This document shows, piece by piece, positions 15,531 to 27,936 of a stretch of DNA of 64,000 nt; position 1 is the first letter of the stretch; every line of letters starts with the position of its first letter. The notes under the pieces were generated by a model that had not been told where the DNA came from, did not search any database, and was given only the letters and a program-made list of their open reading frames with translations. Both the position numbers and the translations under genes were made by a program. Origin of the DNA: Amoebidium appalachense (taxonomy: Eukaryota > Protista > Ichthyosporea); contig CAVNZM010000014.1 of the NCBI GenBank assembly GCA_963693365.1, forward strand, positions 4,216,001-4,280,000, in the 5' to 3' direction.

Positions 15531-18500
15531 TATTTAGTTTGTAAACGTGTTTTCTTTGCAGGAGAATTAGATAGCCCCGTTGGAGTGAAACTGTGTGTTG
15601 CGAGTGTGCTGTAAAATTCGTAGTAGTAGCATGGTGTAGGCCTTGGTGTGTTTGATGTGTGTGCAATATCTAGTCCGAAATGGGCGGCAATTGATTTTCT
15701 TATGCCAACGTCGTCTTTACCAGCCCCAGCCCCAGCAAGGGGATACATGAGCCGGTGCCTGTGGATCAATCTCACAAGCGGGCACAGGTGTGCTCCACAG
15801 GAGCAATGAAAAGAATGACAAATGTCATACAGAAACATGCTCAAAAAACGTAGCCTAGTGCCTAAATAGGCAAAGGGTGTGGTGGGTGGGCAAAAAATTA
15901 GCTACAAAATTAGGCCTAAAGAGACCTAAACGCGCTCAGTAGCGCCGCAACTGACCTCCCTGGGGCCGTGCAAGCTCATTATATAGCGCGGCCCACATTT
16001 TTGCCAATGGAAATATGAAGAAATGACTTAAAACCTATCAAATCCATGAAATCTACCAAAATGGAATCTTTGCTGCCCATCAACCAATGAAAAATTTTCA
16101 CAAGTGGCTAAAACCCCTAGATCACAAAGACCAAATCAATTGCCGCCCACTTCGGACTAGATATAACTCAAACTCATCAATATATCCATCTGGCATATCC
16201 CACAGAACATAAAAACAGCTACAGCTCCCTAAATAAAAATGCTAGCAGCCTGAACCTTTGCACACACATCAAACACACCAAGGCCTACACCATGCTACTA
16301 CTACGAATTTTACAGCACACTCGCAACACACAATTTCACTCCAACGGGGCTATCTAATCATCCTGCCAAGAAAACACGTTTACAAACTAAATAAAGACTT
16401 TGGGATCTAGGGGTTTTAGCCACTTGTGTAAACTTTTCATTGGTTGATGTGCAGCAAAAATTCCATTTTGGTAGATTTCATGGATTTGATAGGTTTTAAG
16501 TCATTTCTTCATATTTCCATTGGCAAAAATGTGGGCCGCGCTATATAATGAGCTTGCGCGGCCCCATGGAGGTCAGTTGCGGCGCTACTGAGCGCGTTTA
16601 GGTCTCTTTAGGCCCAATTTTTTAGCTAAGTTTTTGCAACTCTAGTCCCCGTTTTTCGCGCTGTTGTTCGTTTTTTCTCTAGTTGTTTTTGCCCAGGAGC
16701 GCACGCTTAGCTTCGGCAGCATCTGGTAAGAGTTTTGCGTGCGCGCCATTGCGTTTAAGCTGGTTTTCGGACGTTTTTTGCGATGTCGTTTTTCCCGCGT
16801 TTTTGCATTTTCCAGTCTTCGTTTTCAAGTTTTCGTGCTCTAGTCTGGTTTGTGAGCATTGCAATGGCCCCTCCTCCTGCTCTGGTCGCCAAGGGGGCCG
16901 CTCTCCTCGAAAAGCTTTTGGAGATCTCTACCGATGCGGACGACGCAAGTCTCAAAAGTCTGGCCGTTTTGCAGTCCAACGCCCTCCCCTGGAACAGCCT
17001 GCCGGCAGAAACCGTCAACAGTGTGGTTTCAGCCCTCAAGGCGCGCTCGGTGGCTTTTGATGACTCTGAGATGGTCGGTTGGAAAGTCACCGACCAGCTG
17101 CACTTGCTCTGTAGCACTCCTCGCAGCGGCCGTGCCTCCCCCCACCTGGGTCGCCCTCTCCCCAGCGGCGTTCTGACAGTGTAGACGTCCAAGAGCAGCT
17201 GCAGGCGCTTTCTGCCCAAGTGCAAGCCCTCTCTGTTGCCCAGTCTGGTCGTTCAAAGAAGCCCTCTGCCGGCGGCCTGCTGAGCACGCTGTCTGCGCGG
17301 GCAAAGGGCAAGGAACCAGCCTATGCGTACGACACCGGCGGTGAAGACACCCCATTGTCGAGTGAGGATTCTTCTTCCAGCAGCAGTGGCTACGGTCGTT
17401 CCTCTCGCAGCCGTCGTTCCTCTGGACGTTCCAAACCCAACCCCAGCCGTTATCTGCTCTCCAGCGGCGCCCAAGTCAACCTGCGCGTCAAAGAACGTCT
17501 GGCCCCTTCCTACCTCGAGAGCACCTTGGCTGACCAGGCCTCGGTCACTGCGGCTGTCCACGCAGCGGATTGGGTCAGCTACCGCAACAAACGGGAGGCT
17601 CTGACGCTTGCCCGTATGCTGTATCTGCTGCTGGCCGCCGACCCTAAGGCCCGCAAGGAGTCATCTGCTGTGGAAGTTGGTGTTCGCCGTCTGCTGGCTG
17701 TGCAGACTGCTGATCAGTCCAACGGGGACTGGGCTGTTGCAGAGAAGTTTGAGGAGCTCCCTGCGCGCAGCCTGCCCCTGCCCCCTGCCTTGGCCAACCG
17801 GGCTGTTCGTCAAGCCAAGACCCTCGCCGAAGTCACCCGGGCTCGGCGCGGTCCCGGCAGTGGCCCATCCGGAGCCGGGCCATCGACCCCTCCGGGGACC
17901 GGTGGGCACAGGGCCTAAACGGCCCTTTGGGGGTTCGGCACGCGGTTCTGTATATTATTTTCTTGTGGTTTCCTGCCACGTGCCCTTGATTAAATATGCC
18001 CCCTAATTTTTCTAAGGATTCCACAGCTATGCCACGTCATGTCTTTGCCGCCTCTGATTTGTTTCCTGTTCCGGCCATTCCTGTGCCGGATCGTTCTGGA
18101 GAAGCCCGTCTACGGAGTCAACGCCGTCGACGACGTCTGTCTCACCGCCTGAAGGGGGTTGAACCACCTTGGCTAACCGTTGTCTTAATGCCCTCAACGA
18201 GCTGTGGGCAGGCGGCCCTTGCCCATTCCCGACCCAGTTCGTGAACAGTCACCACCATGCCCTATGGACCTTTGTCCTTAGGGCCAGCTACGATGCTATA
18301 CGCGCGGGTGTCTACGACGCTCAGCCTGCGAGTAGTGTCTTGGCTGCGTTCCCCGCGGCCTACCCTGTATTGACAGGATGGCTACCTCTCACGGCGGCAA
18401 ATGCCGCTTTGCCACCCCCTGGGGTTGGAGCCACAGTGGACGTACGCGTGTTGCAGTTTTTGTCTCCTACACTGCAGCCGTTTTTGGCCAACTGCGACGG

Positions 18501-20331
18501 CGGCCTTCTCAAGCCTGTTCCGCCGACGCCTGCAGAGCTGCGCCGCATCCGACCGGCGCATCACGTTCCCAGTGGGGAATACGGTCCCCTGCTTCTTCGG
18601 CTTCAAGACTGCGGCATGATGCACTATTTCGAGGCGGAGGAAAAACCACTGGCCATCAATGGGCTGTTTGGGGTCCCCAAAGACACCAGAGCCCGCGTCA
18701 TTTTTGACGGCCGCCGTGGCAACCTGTTCTTTGCCCGTGACATCCTGCCCTCAAGGTGCACCTGCCCAACCCTGCCGATTTTGCCGATCTGTTGCTGGGG
18801 CCTGAGGATTGCCTCTATTTTGGCAAGTCGGACATGGGCAACCAGTTCCATCGTCTTCTTGCCCCCGAGTGGCTGTGGCGGTACTTCGGATTGCCGCCTG
18901 TGTCTTCGGAGGCTGTTAGCATTTCTGCGCCCGACCGGCTTGTGTACCCGGCCCTCAAGACCGTGCCCATGGGCTGGGTGCATTCTGTGCTTGTGGCTCA
19001 AGACGTGCATGGGCAGTTGGCTGACCGAGCCGGCATGCCCCGCATTGAGCGCCTCTAGCATTTCATGCCACGCCTGGGTCCACACCTGCAGGCCGCCCAA
19101 CGGAGCCTGCAGGGCTGGAACCGGCTTGTTCCAGCAAAGACCACGCCCCCGCTTCCGTTTTCATTGGTCCTCGTCATTGGCCATCATTTGTATTCCAAAA
19201 TTGGCCCCTTGTTTGGTATTGCTGTTTTGCTTGGATTTGAGTGTTATTTTCGTGTTAGTGAGCTGCTTATGCTCACCCGTGCGGATCAACGAGTATGGGT
19301 TCCATCTTCACAGTCTTCGCCATGGTGGTGCCTCGAGAGACTACGTCAGGGGTTTTTCAGTAGAGATGATTGCTCTGCGTGGTCGATGGAGATCGCATGC
19401 CTCCCTCCGCCGGTATGTGCAGCCCAGCCTGCCCAGTCTTTTGTTCTTTCTATTCGTGTGCCTGCGTCGCTCTTTGCCCGGGCTGCAGCGCTGCGTCAGT
19501 CACCCACGGCATGGTTCGTTCCTTCCCGTGCCAAGTAGGGAGTGGTGGAGCACACCTGTGCCTGCTTGTGAGATTGATCCACAGGCACCGGCTCATGCAT
19601 CCCCTTGCTGGGGCTGGTAAAGACGATGTTGGCATAAGAATATTTAGTTTGTAAACGTGCTTTCTTTGCAGGAGAATTAGATAGCCCCGTTGGAGTGAAA
19701 TTGTGTGTTGAGAGTGTGCTGTAAAATTCGTAGTAGTAACATGGTGTAGGCCTTGGTGTGTTTGATGTGTGTGCAAAGGTTCAGGCTGCTAGCAGTTTTA
19801 TTTAGGGAGCTGTAGCTGTTTTTATGTTCTGTGGGATATGCCATATGGATATATTGATGAGTTTGAGTTATATCTAGTCCGAAATGGGCGGCAATTGATT
19901 TGGTCTTTGTGATCTAGGGGTTTTAGCCACTTGTGATATTTTTTCATTGGTTGTTGTGCAGCAAAAATTCCATTTGGTAGATTTCATGGATTTGATAGGT
20001 TTTAAGTCATTTCTTCATATTTCCATTGGCAAAAATGTGGGCCGCGCTATATAATGCGCTTGCGCGGCCCCAGGAAGGTCAGTTGCGGCGCTACTGAGCG
20101 CGTTTAGGTCTCTTTAGGTCTAATTTTCTAGCTAAGTTTTTTGCCCACCCACCACACCCTTTGCCTATTTAGGCACTAGGCTACATTTTTTGAGCATGTT
20201 TCTGTATGGCATTTGTCATTCTTTTTATTGCTCCTGTGGAGCACACCTGTGCCTGCTTGTGAGATTGATCCACAGGCACCGGCTCATGTATCCCCTTGCT
20301 GGGGCTGGTAAAGACGACGTTGGCATAAGAA
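15531..20331 (+). mobile_element. Family 1 YR retrotransposon, internally deleted and frameshifted copy with both ends (A1, gag, partial RT fused to YR fragments, B1 19545-19640, A2 19641-20143, B2 20236-20331)
   Basis: High identity to the 22022-28268 copy; gag split between ORFs 16783 and 17220; RT jumps to YR at about 19058; second deletion near 19287. Confidence 0.9.
15697..16393 (-). mobile_element. Solo A-spacer-B2 unit inserted inside A1 of the 15531-20331 copy
   Basis: Host A sequence stops at GGCAATTGATT and resumes at CTTTGGGATCTAGGGG after the unit. Confidence 0.85.
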
Positions 20332-22813
20332 AACGTTTTTTCTTTGCAGGAGCATTGGACAGCACCGGAGACAGAGTCACAGGACTCCGTGTACAACTTA
20401 TGCAGGTGATAGTGGTAGCGAAAATTCGGTGATGTACGTATGCTGGTATACGATTTGCAGTTTAGGTTTTTATTGGTGAAAGTATGTAGAGGAATGTGAT
20501 TCCTGCATATGTAGACGTTTTGCTTGGATTATAGTCATGAGGCGATCCCGCCCGCAATAGTTTATGCATGCCGATGCTTTGATTTAGAGCCTTTTGGCTG
20601 CTGTGTGCGTCTCAGTCGCTGTGCTCATTAGCATAGTGTGTCACCTCCTTAGGCTGCCTGTTTCGGTGTAAGTAGGTAGGCCTTTTTAGGATACTGCCTG
20701 TAGTCAAGTTTTTGCAATACAGTGGCCGCTCCTGTATAGCCCCCTTTTCTGAATGGCCGTGTTCCCATTTGTGCCCTTTCCTTCCAGAATGTTGATGTGG
20801 TCGTTGTAGCGCCAACGGTGGCTGATGGTGGTGCTCCAACGGCCCTCATTAAGGGCAGCCAAAACAGAGGCAGGGCAAGGGCGGGCAGGGACACAGGGCT
20901 GGGTGTCTGGTGTGGAAGCCAGGGTGGTGTAGTGGCCACGACGGTTGCTGTAGGGCAGGACATCCTGGAGAAGACCAGAGGGCAACACACGGGAAACCAC
21001 GGCACCACCCACCTTGCAGGCGTCTAAGCAGAACATGGTGGGTGCAAAGGCTGAGTGCAGGTCGCAGCGCAGGAGAGGGACGAGGGCACATAGAGTTTCG
21101 AGCTCCCAAGCGACCGCAGACGGAAGGGGGAACGCCTTGGGGCCAAGACGGGCACTCAGCTGGTAGGCAAAATCAAGAACGGAGAGGGCGGACCGCTGCA
21201 ACAGCAAAACCCACACCCACCCGCCAAGTAGCTGCTGCAGTTGAAGCTTGCTGACGGTGCCACGACGGAGCACAGCACGAGTCTCCACCAGAAGGCGGGC
21301 TAGAGAAGCCGGGGCCGGGTGCACCAACCCATAGCGGAGCATCTCCAAACCCAACAGGCCCATCATCAGCAATCTTGTCGACCCATCCTAACATATCCCA
21401 ATCCATCAAAGATGGATTGGGATGGTTAATGTATACTACCGAGGATAGGTTTGATACTATACACCATGGCAGTGGATCATCCTGGACACCAACCCATCAT
21501 AGATATCTATGATTGGTTTTGGGTTATTTTATATAATACAACAACCCAACTAATATACACCAGACATTCATTAGATTTAGAATGGATGTTCTAAGAGCAT
21601 ACATACATGGAGGGTATGATGTTTGGAGTGTCTATGAAACATCCCAACACATCCAGTTATATATAATACCAGATTATCAAAACATGTATTGTCTATAGGA
21701 TATACTATGGATTAGTTACTACATAATAGGTAAGAATTATATATGGACAATGTAAATATCTTCAGGATATACAATTATGATTGCGGTACGCTCGTGGATA
21801 CGTTGTGGATATGTCCCATCATAGATAATGTTATATGCTCTTAAGGATGTGTGACAGGAATATTATCTGTATATTGGTCAAGATTGTATAAAGGGTGTTT
21901 TTGAGATTGAGGTTAAACTTTGAATGTACCTGACATTCACACCTTATGTTAGTAAATAAAAACCTTATGTATATGTTAATAATTGTTGTGGCTGGCGGGT
22001 TAGTATTTATAAAACCCCTCTTTCTTATGCCAATGTCGTCTTTACCAGCCCCAGCAAGGGGATACATGAGCCGGTGCCTGTGGATCAATCTCACAAGCAG
22101 GCACAGGTGTGCTCCACAGGAGCAATGAAAAGAATGACAAATGTCATACAGAAACATGATCAAAAAACGTAGCCTAGTGCCTAAATAGGCAAAGGGTGTG
22201 GTGGGTGGGCAAAAACTTAGGTAAAAAATTGGGCCTAAAGAGACCTAAACGCGCTCAGTAGCGCCGCAACTGACCTCCCTCGGGCCGCGCAAGCTCATTA
22301 TATGCGCGGCCCACATTTTTGCCTATGGAAATATGAAGAAATGACTTAAAACCTATCAAATCCATGAAATCTACCAAAATGGAATTTTTGCTGCACATCA
22401 ACCAATGAAAAAATTTCACAAGTGGCTAAAACCCCTAGATCACAAAGACCAAATCAATTGCCGCCCATTTCGGACTAGATATAACTCAAACTCATCAATA
22501 TATCCATATGGCATATCCCACAGAACATAAAAACAGCTACAGCTCCCTAAATAAAAATGCTAGCAGCCTGAAACTTTGCACACACATCAAACACACCAAG
22601 GCCTACAACATGCTACTACTACGAATTTTACAGCACATTCGCAACACACAATTTCACTCCAACGGGGCTATCTAATTCTCCTGCAAAGAAAACACGTTTA
22701 CAAACTAAATATTCTTATGCCAACGTCGTCTTTACCAGCCCCAGCAAGGGGATACATGAGCCGGTGCCTGTGGATCAATCTCACAAGCAGGCACAGGTGT
22801 GCTCCACCACTCC

Positions 22814-23743
22814 CTACCTGGCACGGGAAGGAACGAACCATGCCGTGGGTGACTGACGCAGCGCTGCAGCCCGGGCAAGGAGCGACGCAGGCACGCGAAT
22901 AGAAAGAACAAGAGACTGGCCGGCCTGCACATACCGGCGGAGGGAGGCATGCGATCTCCATCGACCACGCAGAGCAATCGTCTCTACTGAAACACCCCTG
23001 ACGTAGTCTCTCGAGGCACCACCATGGCGAAGACTGTGAAGATGGAACCCATACTCGTTGAGGCCGAGGGAGTCACATGCCGCTTGGAACTTGGCACGCA
23101 GAACATCATACAAGAAAGGAAACAGCCGCGCAGAAGGGGGGGCACCACGGAACCAGAAAGACAGGATGGCCAACAGGGACGGATCAGTGATGGGGACAAA
23201 CTGATTTGGACCGGTCTTGGTGTCGGCCAGGCGTATGCCGCCTGTACCGGGTGGCATGTCGTGGGGAACGGGGTCGTCGGGCAAAACAAGATCCGCACGG
23301 ATGAGCATAAGCAGCTCACTGACACGAAAATAACACTCAAATCGGAGCAAAACAGCAATACCAAACAAGGGGCCAATTTTGGAATACAAATGATGGCCAA
23401 TGACGAGGACCAATGAAAACGGAAGCGGGGGCGTGGTCTTTGCTGGAACAAGCCGGTTCCAGCCCTGCAGGCTCCGTTGGGCGGCCTGCAGGTGTGGACC
23501 CAGGCGTGGCATGAAATGCTTGATGCCGGCAGCTGTGTTGACACAGCGCTGACGCTGGCCACGCGATGGATCAATGGCAAAACACTCCTCAAAATACTCC
23601 ACCAGGAGGTCGTCCAGTTCGGCGGGGGACTTGGTGTCGGTGCCAGGGGGCAACCAATCCAGGAACTCAACAACAGCATCCCGGTAGGCCTTGAGGGTTG
23701 GGGGCTTTATGGCCTGGTCAGCCAGAAAACTGCGAGGGACCAT
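22814..23743 (-). CDS. Tyrosine recombinase (309 aa), overlapping the end of pol
   Basis: Catalytic set FRVSE (R), DTKTG (K), HSLRHGG (HxxR), GRW, RRYV (Y); ATG at 23743. Confidence 0.93.
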   Translation of the reverse strand: MVPRSFLADQAIKPPTLKAYRDAVVEFLDWLPPGTDTKSPAELDDLLVEYFEECFAIDPSRGQRQRCVNTAAGIKHFMPRLGPHLQAAQRSLQGWNRLVPAKTTPPLPFSLVLVIGHHLYSKIGPLFGIAVLLRFECYFRVSELLMLIRADLVLPDDPVPHDMPPGTGGIRLADTKTGPNQFVPITDPSLLAILSFWFRGAPPSARLFPFLYDVLRAKFQAACDSLGLNEYGFHLHSLRHGGASRDYVRGVSVETIALRGRWRSHASLRRYVQAGQSLVLSIRVPASLLARAAALRQSPTAWFVPSRAR

Positions 23744-25770
23744 CTGCAGGATTGTGGGCTGACGGCAGCCACACACAATACAAACGAATGTCGAGGGCAA
23801 GCGTGTAGGCAGCCACCTGGCGGCATACACGGTTAAGGCGTCGGGATGCTGAACGACCCTTAGCAACAGCCCCAAGCAGCGCCGTTGAATCAAGGCCCCA
23901 AAGGTAGCGGGAGCCCCGGGCAGCCGTAGACCGACCTAATCGACGAAGCCCCAGGAGCAAGGCTTCTCCCTCCAGAATGTTGATGTGGTCGGAGTGGCGC
24001 CAACGATGACTGATGTTGGTGGTCCACCGGCCACCAACAGCTGCCAGGATAGGTGCCGGGGGGGCGGACGGGCTTGGCTCGTGCACAGGACCAGACAGCT
24101 GGCTGTAGTGGCCACGCCAGTTGCAGTGAGGCAGCACTTCGCGGAGAAGCGTTGCTTGAAGCACCCGGGACACCACTGCACCACCCAACAAGGAAGCATC
24201 AGTGCAGAACATGGTGCTAGCAAACCCAGAACGCAAATCAAAACGCATCAAAGGGGCCAAAGCACACATCGCCTGAAGCTCCCACACCACGGGCGGGGGA
24301 AGGGGCTGTTCCCGACCCCCCAGCTGCTCCACAAAACTGTAGACGGCACTCAGAACCGACAAAAGCGGCCGCTGCAGCAGTGCCGCCCACACCCAACCAC
24401 CAAGCAACTGCTGCAAACGGAGCTGCGTGACGACACCACGACGCAACACGGCCTGGGTTTCCGCCACCAGACGGCACAAGGAAGCGCCAGACGGGCGCAA
24501 TATCCCAGAGCGATGCATTTCCAGGCCTAGCAGCACCATAGAGGACGACGAACCAGCAGCCACATCCTTCTTGACATTGGAGGGAAGACCAGCCGGGCCG
24601 GTGACGCCATGATACGATTCACGCTGACGATTGATGGCGGTGGCATCTGTGCCGACCCAGCCACAGTCGTCTACATACAGGGCATGCTGCGTGGCCTCCA
24701 CAGGCCGCGGCACTATCGCACAGAGGCGCTCAATGCGGGGCATGCCGGCTCGGTCAGCCAACTGCCCATGGACGTCTTGAGCCACAAGCACAGAATGAAC
24801 CCAGCCCATGGGCACGGTCTTGAGGGCCGGGTACACAAGCCGGTCGGGCCCAGAAATGCCAACAGCCTCCGAAGACACAGGCGGCAATCCGAAGTACCGC
24901 CACAGCCACTCGGGGGCAAGAAGACGATGGAACTGGTTGTCCATGTCCGACTTGCCAAAATAGAGGCAATCCTCAGGCCCCAGCAACAGATCGGCAAAAT
25001 CGGCAGGGTTGGGCAGGTGCACCTTGAGGGCAGGATGATCACGGGCAAAGAACAGGTTGCCACGGCGGCCGTCAAAAATGACGCGGGCTCTGGTGTCTTT
25101 GGGGACCCCAAACAGCCCATTGATGGCCAGTGGTTTTTCCTTCGCCTCGAAATAGTGCACCATGCCGCAGTCTTGAAGCCGAAGAAGCAGGGGACCGTAT
25201 TCCCCACTGGGAACGTGATGCGCCGGTCGGATGCGGCGCAGCTCTGCAGGCGTCGGCGGAACAGGCTTGAGAATGCCGCCGTCGCAGTTGGCCAAAAACG
25301 GCTGCAGTGTAGGAGACAAAAACTGCAACACGTCCACTGTGGCTCCAACCCCAGGGGGTGGCAAAGCGGCATTTGCCGCCGTGAGAGGTAGCCATCCTGT
25401 CAATACAGGGTAGGCCGCGGGGAACGCAGCCAAGACACTACTCGCAGGCTGAGCGTCGTAGACACCCGCGTATAGCATCGTAGCTGGCCCTAAGGACAAA
25501 GGTCCACAGGGCATGGTGGTGACTGTTCACCAACCGGGTCGGGAATGGGCAAGGGCCGCCTGCCCACAGCTCGTTGAGGGCACCAAGACAACGGTTAGCC
25601 AAGGTAACCCCCTTCAGGCGGTGAGACAGACGTTGCCGACGGCGTTGACTCCGTAGACGGGCTTGTCCAGAACGGTCCGGCATAGGAATCGCCGGAACAG
25701 GAAACAAATCAGAGGCGGCAAAGACATGACGTGGCATAGCTGTGGAATCCTTAGAAAAATTAGGGGGCAT
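23718..25770 (-). pseudogene. pol: DIRS-type reverse transcriptase + RNase H, with one 2-nt frameshift near 25470
   Basis: FGVPK..RVIFDGR, KSDMDNQFH, VPMGW..S, LYVDD, LLGL; RNase H TDASLLGG, HINILE, LDST, HNPADGPS. The copies at 18299 and 48224 read ATACGCGCGGG where this one reads ATACGCGGG. Confidence 0.9.
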
Positions 25771-25847
25771 ATTTAATCAAGGGCACGTGGCAGGAAACCA
25801 CAAGAAAATAATATACAGAACCGCGTGCCGAACCCCCAAAGGGCCGT

Positions 25848-26903
25848 TTAGGCCCTGTGCCCACCGGTCCCCGGAGGGGTCGATGGCCCGGCTCCGGATG
25901 GGCCACTGCCGGGACCGCGCCGAGCCCGGGTGACTTCGGCGAGGGTCTTGGCTTGACGAACAGCCCGGTTGGGCAAGGCAGGGGGCAGGGGCAGGCTGCG
26001 CGCAGGGAGCTCCTCAAACTGCTCTGCAACAGCCCAATCCCCGTTGGACTGATCAGCAGTCTGCACAGCCAGCAGACGGCGCACACCAACTTCCACAGCA
26101 GGTGACTCCTTGCAGGCCTTAGGGTCGGCGGCCAGCAGCAGATCCAGCATACGGGCAAGCGTCAGAGCCTCCCGTTTGTTGCGGTAGCTGACCCAATCCG
26201 CCGCGTGGACAGCCGCAGTGACCGAGGCCTGGTCAGCAAGGGTGCTCTTGAGGTAGGAAGGGGCCAGACGTTCTTTGACGCGCAGGTTGACTTTGGCGCC
26301 GCTGGAGAGCAGATAACGGCTGGGGTTGGGTTTGGAACGGCCAGATGAACGACGGCTGCGAGAGGAACGACCGTAGCCACTGCTGCTGGAAGAAGAATCC
26401 TCACTCGACGATGGGGTATCTTCACTGCCGGTGTCGTACGCATAGACAGGCTCCTTGCCCTTTGCCCGCGCAGACAGCGTGCTCAGCAGGCAGCCGGCAG
26501 AGGGCTTCTTGGGGCGACCAGACTGGGCAACAGAGAGGGCTTGCACTTGGGCAGAAAGCGCCTGCAGCTGCTCTTGGACGTCTACACCGCCAGAACGCCG
26601 CTGGGGAGAGGGCGACCCAGGTGGGGGGGAGGCACGGCCGCTGCGAGGAGTGCGACAGAGCAAGTGCAGCTGGTCGGTGACTTTCCAACCGACCATCTCA
26701 GGGTCATCAAAAGCCACCGAGCGCGCCTTGAGGGCTGAAACCACACTGTTGACGGTTTCTGCTGGCAGGCTGTTCCAGGGGAGGGCGTTGGACTGCAAAA
26801 CGGCCAGACTTTTGAGACTTGCGTCGTCCGCATCGGTAGAGATCTCCAAAAGCTTTTCGAGGAGAGCGGCCCCTTTGGCGACCAGAGCAGATGGAGGGGC
26901 CAT
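25848..26903 (-). CDS. ORF1, gag-like protein (351 aa) of the YR retrotransposon
   Basis: Open frame from ATG 26903, first in the element and conserved in copies at 16864 and 56862; possible coiled coil (VQEQLQALSAQVQAL) and Ser/Arg-rich linker. The gag call is positional. Confidence 0.75.
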   Translation of the reverse strand: MAPPSALVAKGAALLEKLLEISTDADDASLKSLAVLQSNALPWNSLPAETVNSVVSALKARSVAFDDPEMVGWKVTDQLHLLCRTPRSGRASPPPGSPSPQRRSGGVDVQEQLQALSAQVQALSVAQSGRPKKPSAGCLLSTLSARAKGKEPVYAYDTGSEDTPSSSEDSSSSSSGYGRSSRSRRSSGRSKPNPSRYLLSSGAKVNLRVKERLAPSYLKSTLADQASVTAAVHAADWVSYRNKREALTLARMLDLLLAADPKACKESPAVEVGVRRLLAVQTADQSNGDWAVAEQFEELPARSLPLPPALPNRAVRQAKTLAEVTRARRGPGSGPSGAGPSTPPGTGGHRA

Positions 26904-27301
26904 TGCAATGCTCACAAACCAGACTAGAGCACGAAAACTTGAAAACGAAGACTGGAAAATGCAAAAACGCGGGAAAAAACGACACCGCACAAAACGTCCG
27001 AAAACCAACTAAAACGCAACGGCGCGAACGCAATACTCTTACCAGATGCTGCCGAAGCTAAGCGCGCGCTCCTGGGCAAAAAAAACTAGAGAAAAAACGA
27101 ACAACAGCGCGAAAAACGGGGACTAGAGTTGCAACAACTTAGCTAAAAAATTGGGCCTAAAGAGACCTAAACGCGCTCAGTAGCGCCGCAACTGACCTCC
27201 CTCGGGCCGCGCAAGCTCATTATATGCGTGGCCCACATTTTTGCCTATGGAAATATGAAGAAATGACTTAAAACCTATCAAATCCATGAAATCTACCAAA
27301 A

Positions 27302-27936
27302 TATTAAGTTTGTAAACGTGTTTTCTTTGCAGGAGAATTAGATAGCCCCGTTGGAGTGAATTGTGTGTTGCGAGTGTGCTATAAACTTCGTGGTAGTATA
27401 ATGCTGTAGGCCATGGTGTGTTTGATGTGTGTGCAAAGTTTCAGGCTGCTAGCATTTTTATTTAGGGAGCTGTAGCTGTTTTTATGTTCTGTGGGATATG
27501 CCATATGGATATATTGATGAGTTTGAGTTATATCTAGTCCGAAATGGGCGGCAATCGATTTGGTCTTTATGATCTAGGGGTTTTAGCCACTTGTGAAAAT
27601 TTTTCATTGGTTGATGTGCAGCAAAAATTCCATTTTGGTAGATTTCATGGATTTGATAGGTTCTAAATCATTTCTTCATATTTCCATAGGCAAAAATGTG
27701 GGCCGCGCTCTATAATGAGCTCGCTCGGCCCCAGGGAGGTCAGTTGCGGCGCTACTGAGCGCGTTTAGGTCTCTTTAGGCCCAATTTTTTAGCTAAGTTT
27801 TTGCAACTCTAGTCCCCATTTTTCGCGCTCTTGTTCGTTTTTTCTCTAGTTTTTTTTGCCCAGGAGCGCGCGCTTAGCTTCGGCAGCATCTGGTAAGAGT
27901 TTTGCGTGCGCGCCGTTGCGTTTTAGCTGGTTTGAA
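27302..27936 (+). mobile_element. Family 1 left-end fragment (A1 + leader) nested in A1 of the 22022-28268 element
   Basis: Host A sequence CTACCAAAA|TGGAATTTTT is split exactly here; insert starts TATTAAG and ends GAA. Confidence 0.85.

Larger units (their letters stand above)
15518..20778 (+). mobile_element. Family 2 left-end fragment (A1' plus short leader) interrupted after 13 bp by a family 1 element
   Basis: TGATTAGTTTGTA (15518-15530) joins AACGTTTTTTCTTTGCAGGAGCATTGG (20332 on) to rebuild the A' start seen inverted at 11570-11609. Confidence 0.7.

Noticed and set aside
23024-25391. Antisense and alternate-frame ORFs over pol and YR
   Set aside because: Shadows of GC-rich coding sequence; their recurrence reflects copy identity only.
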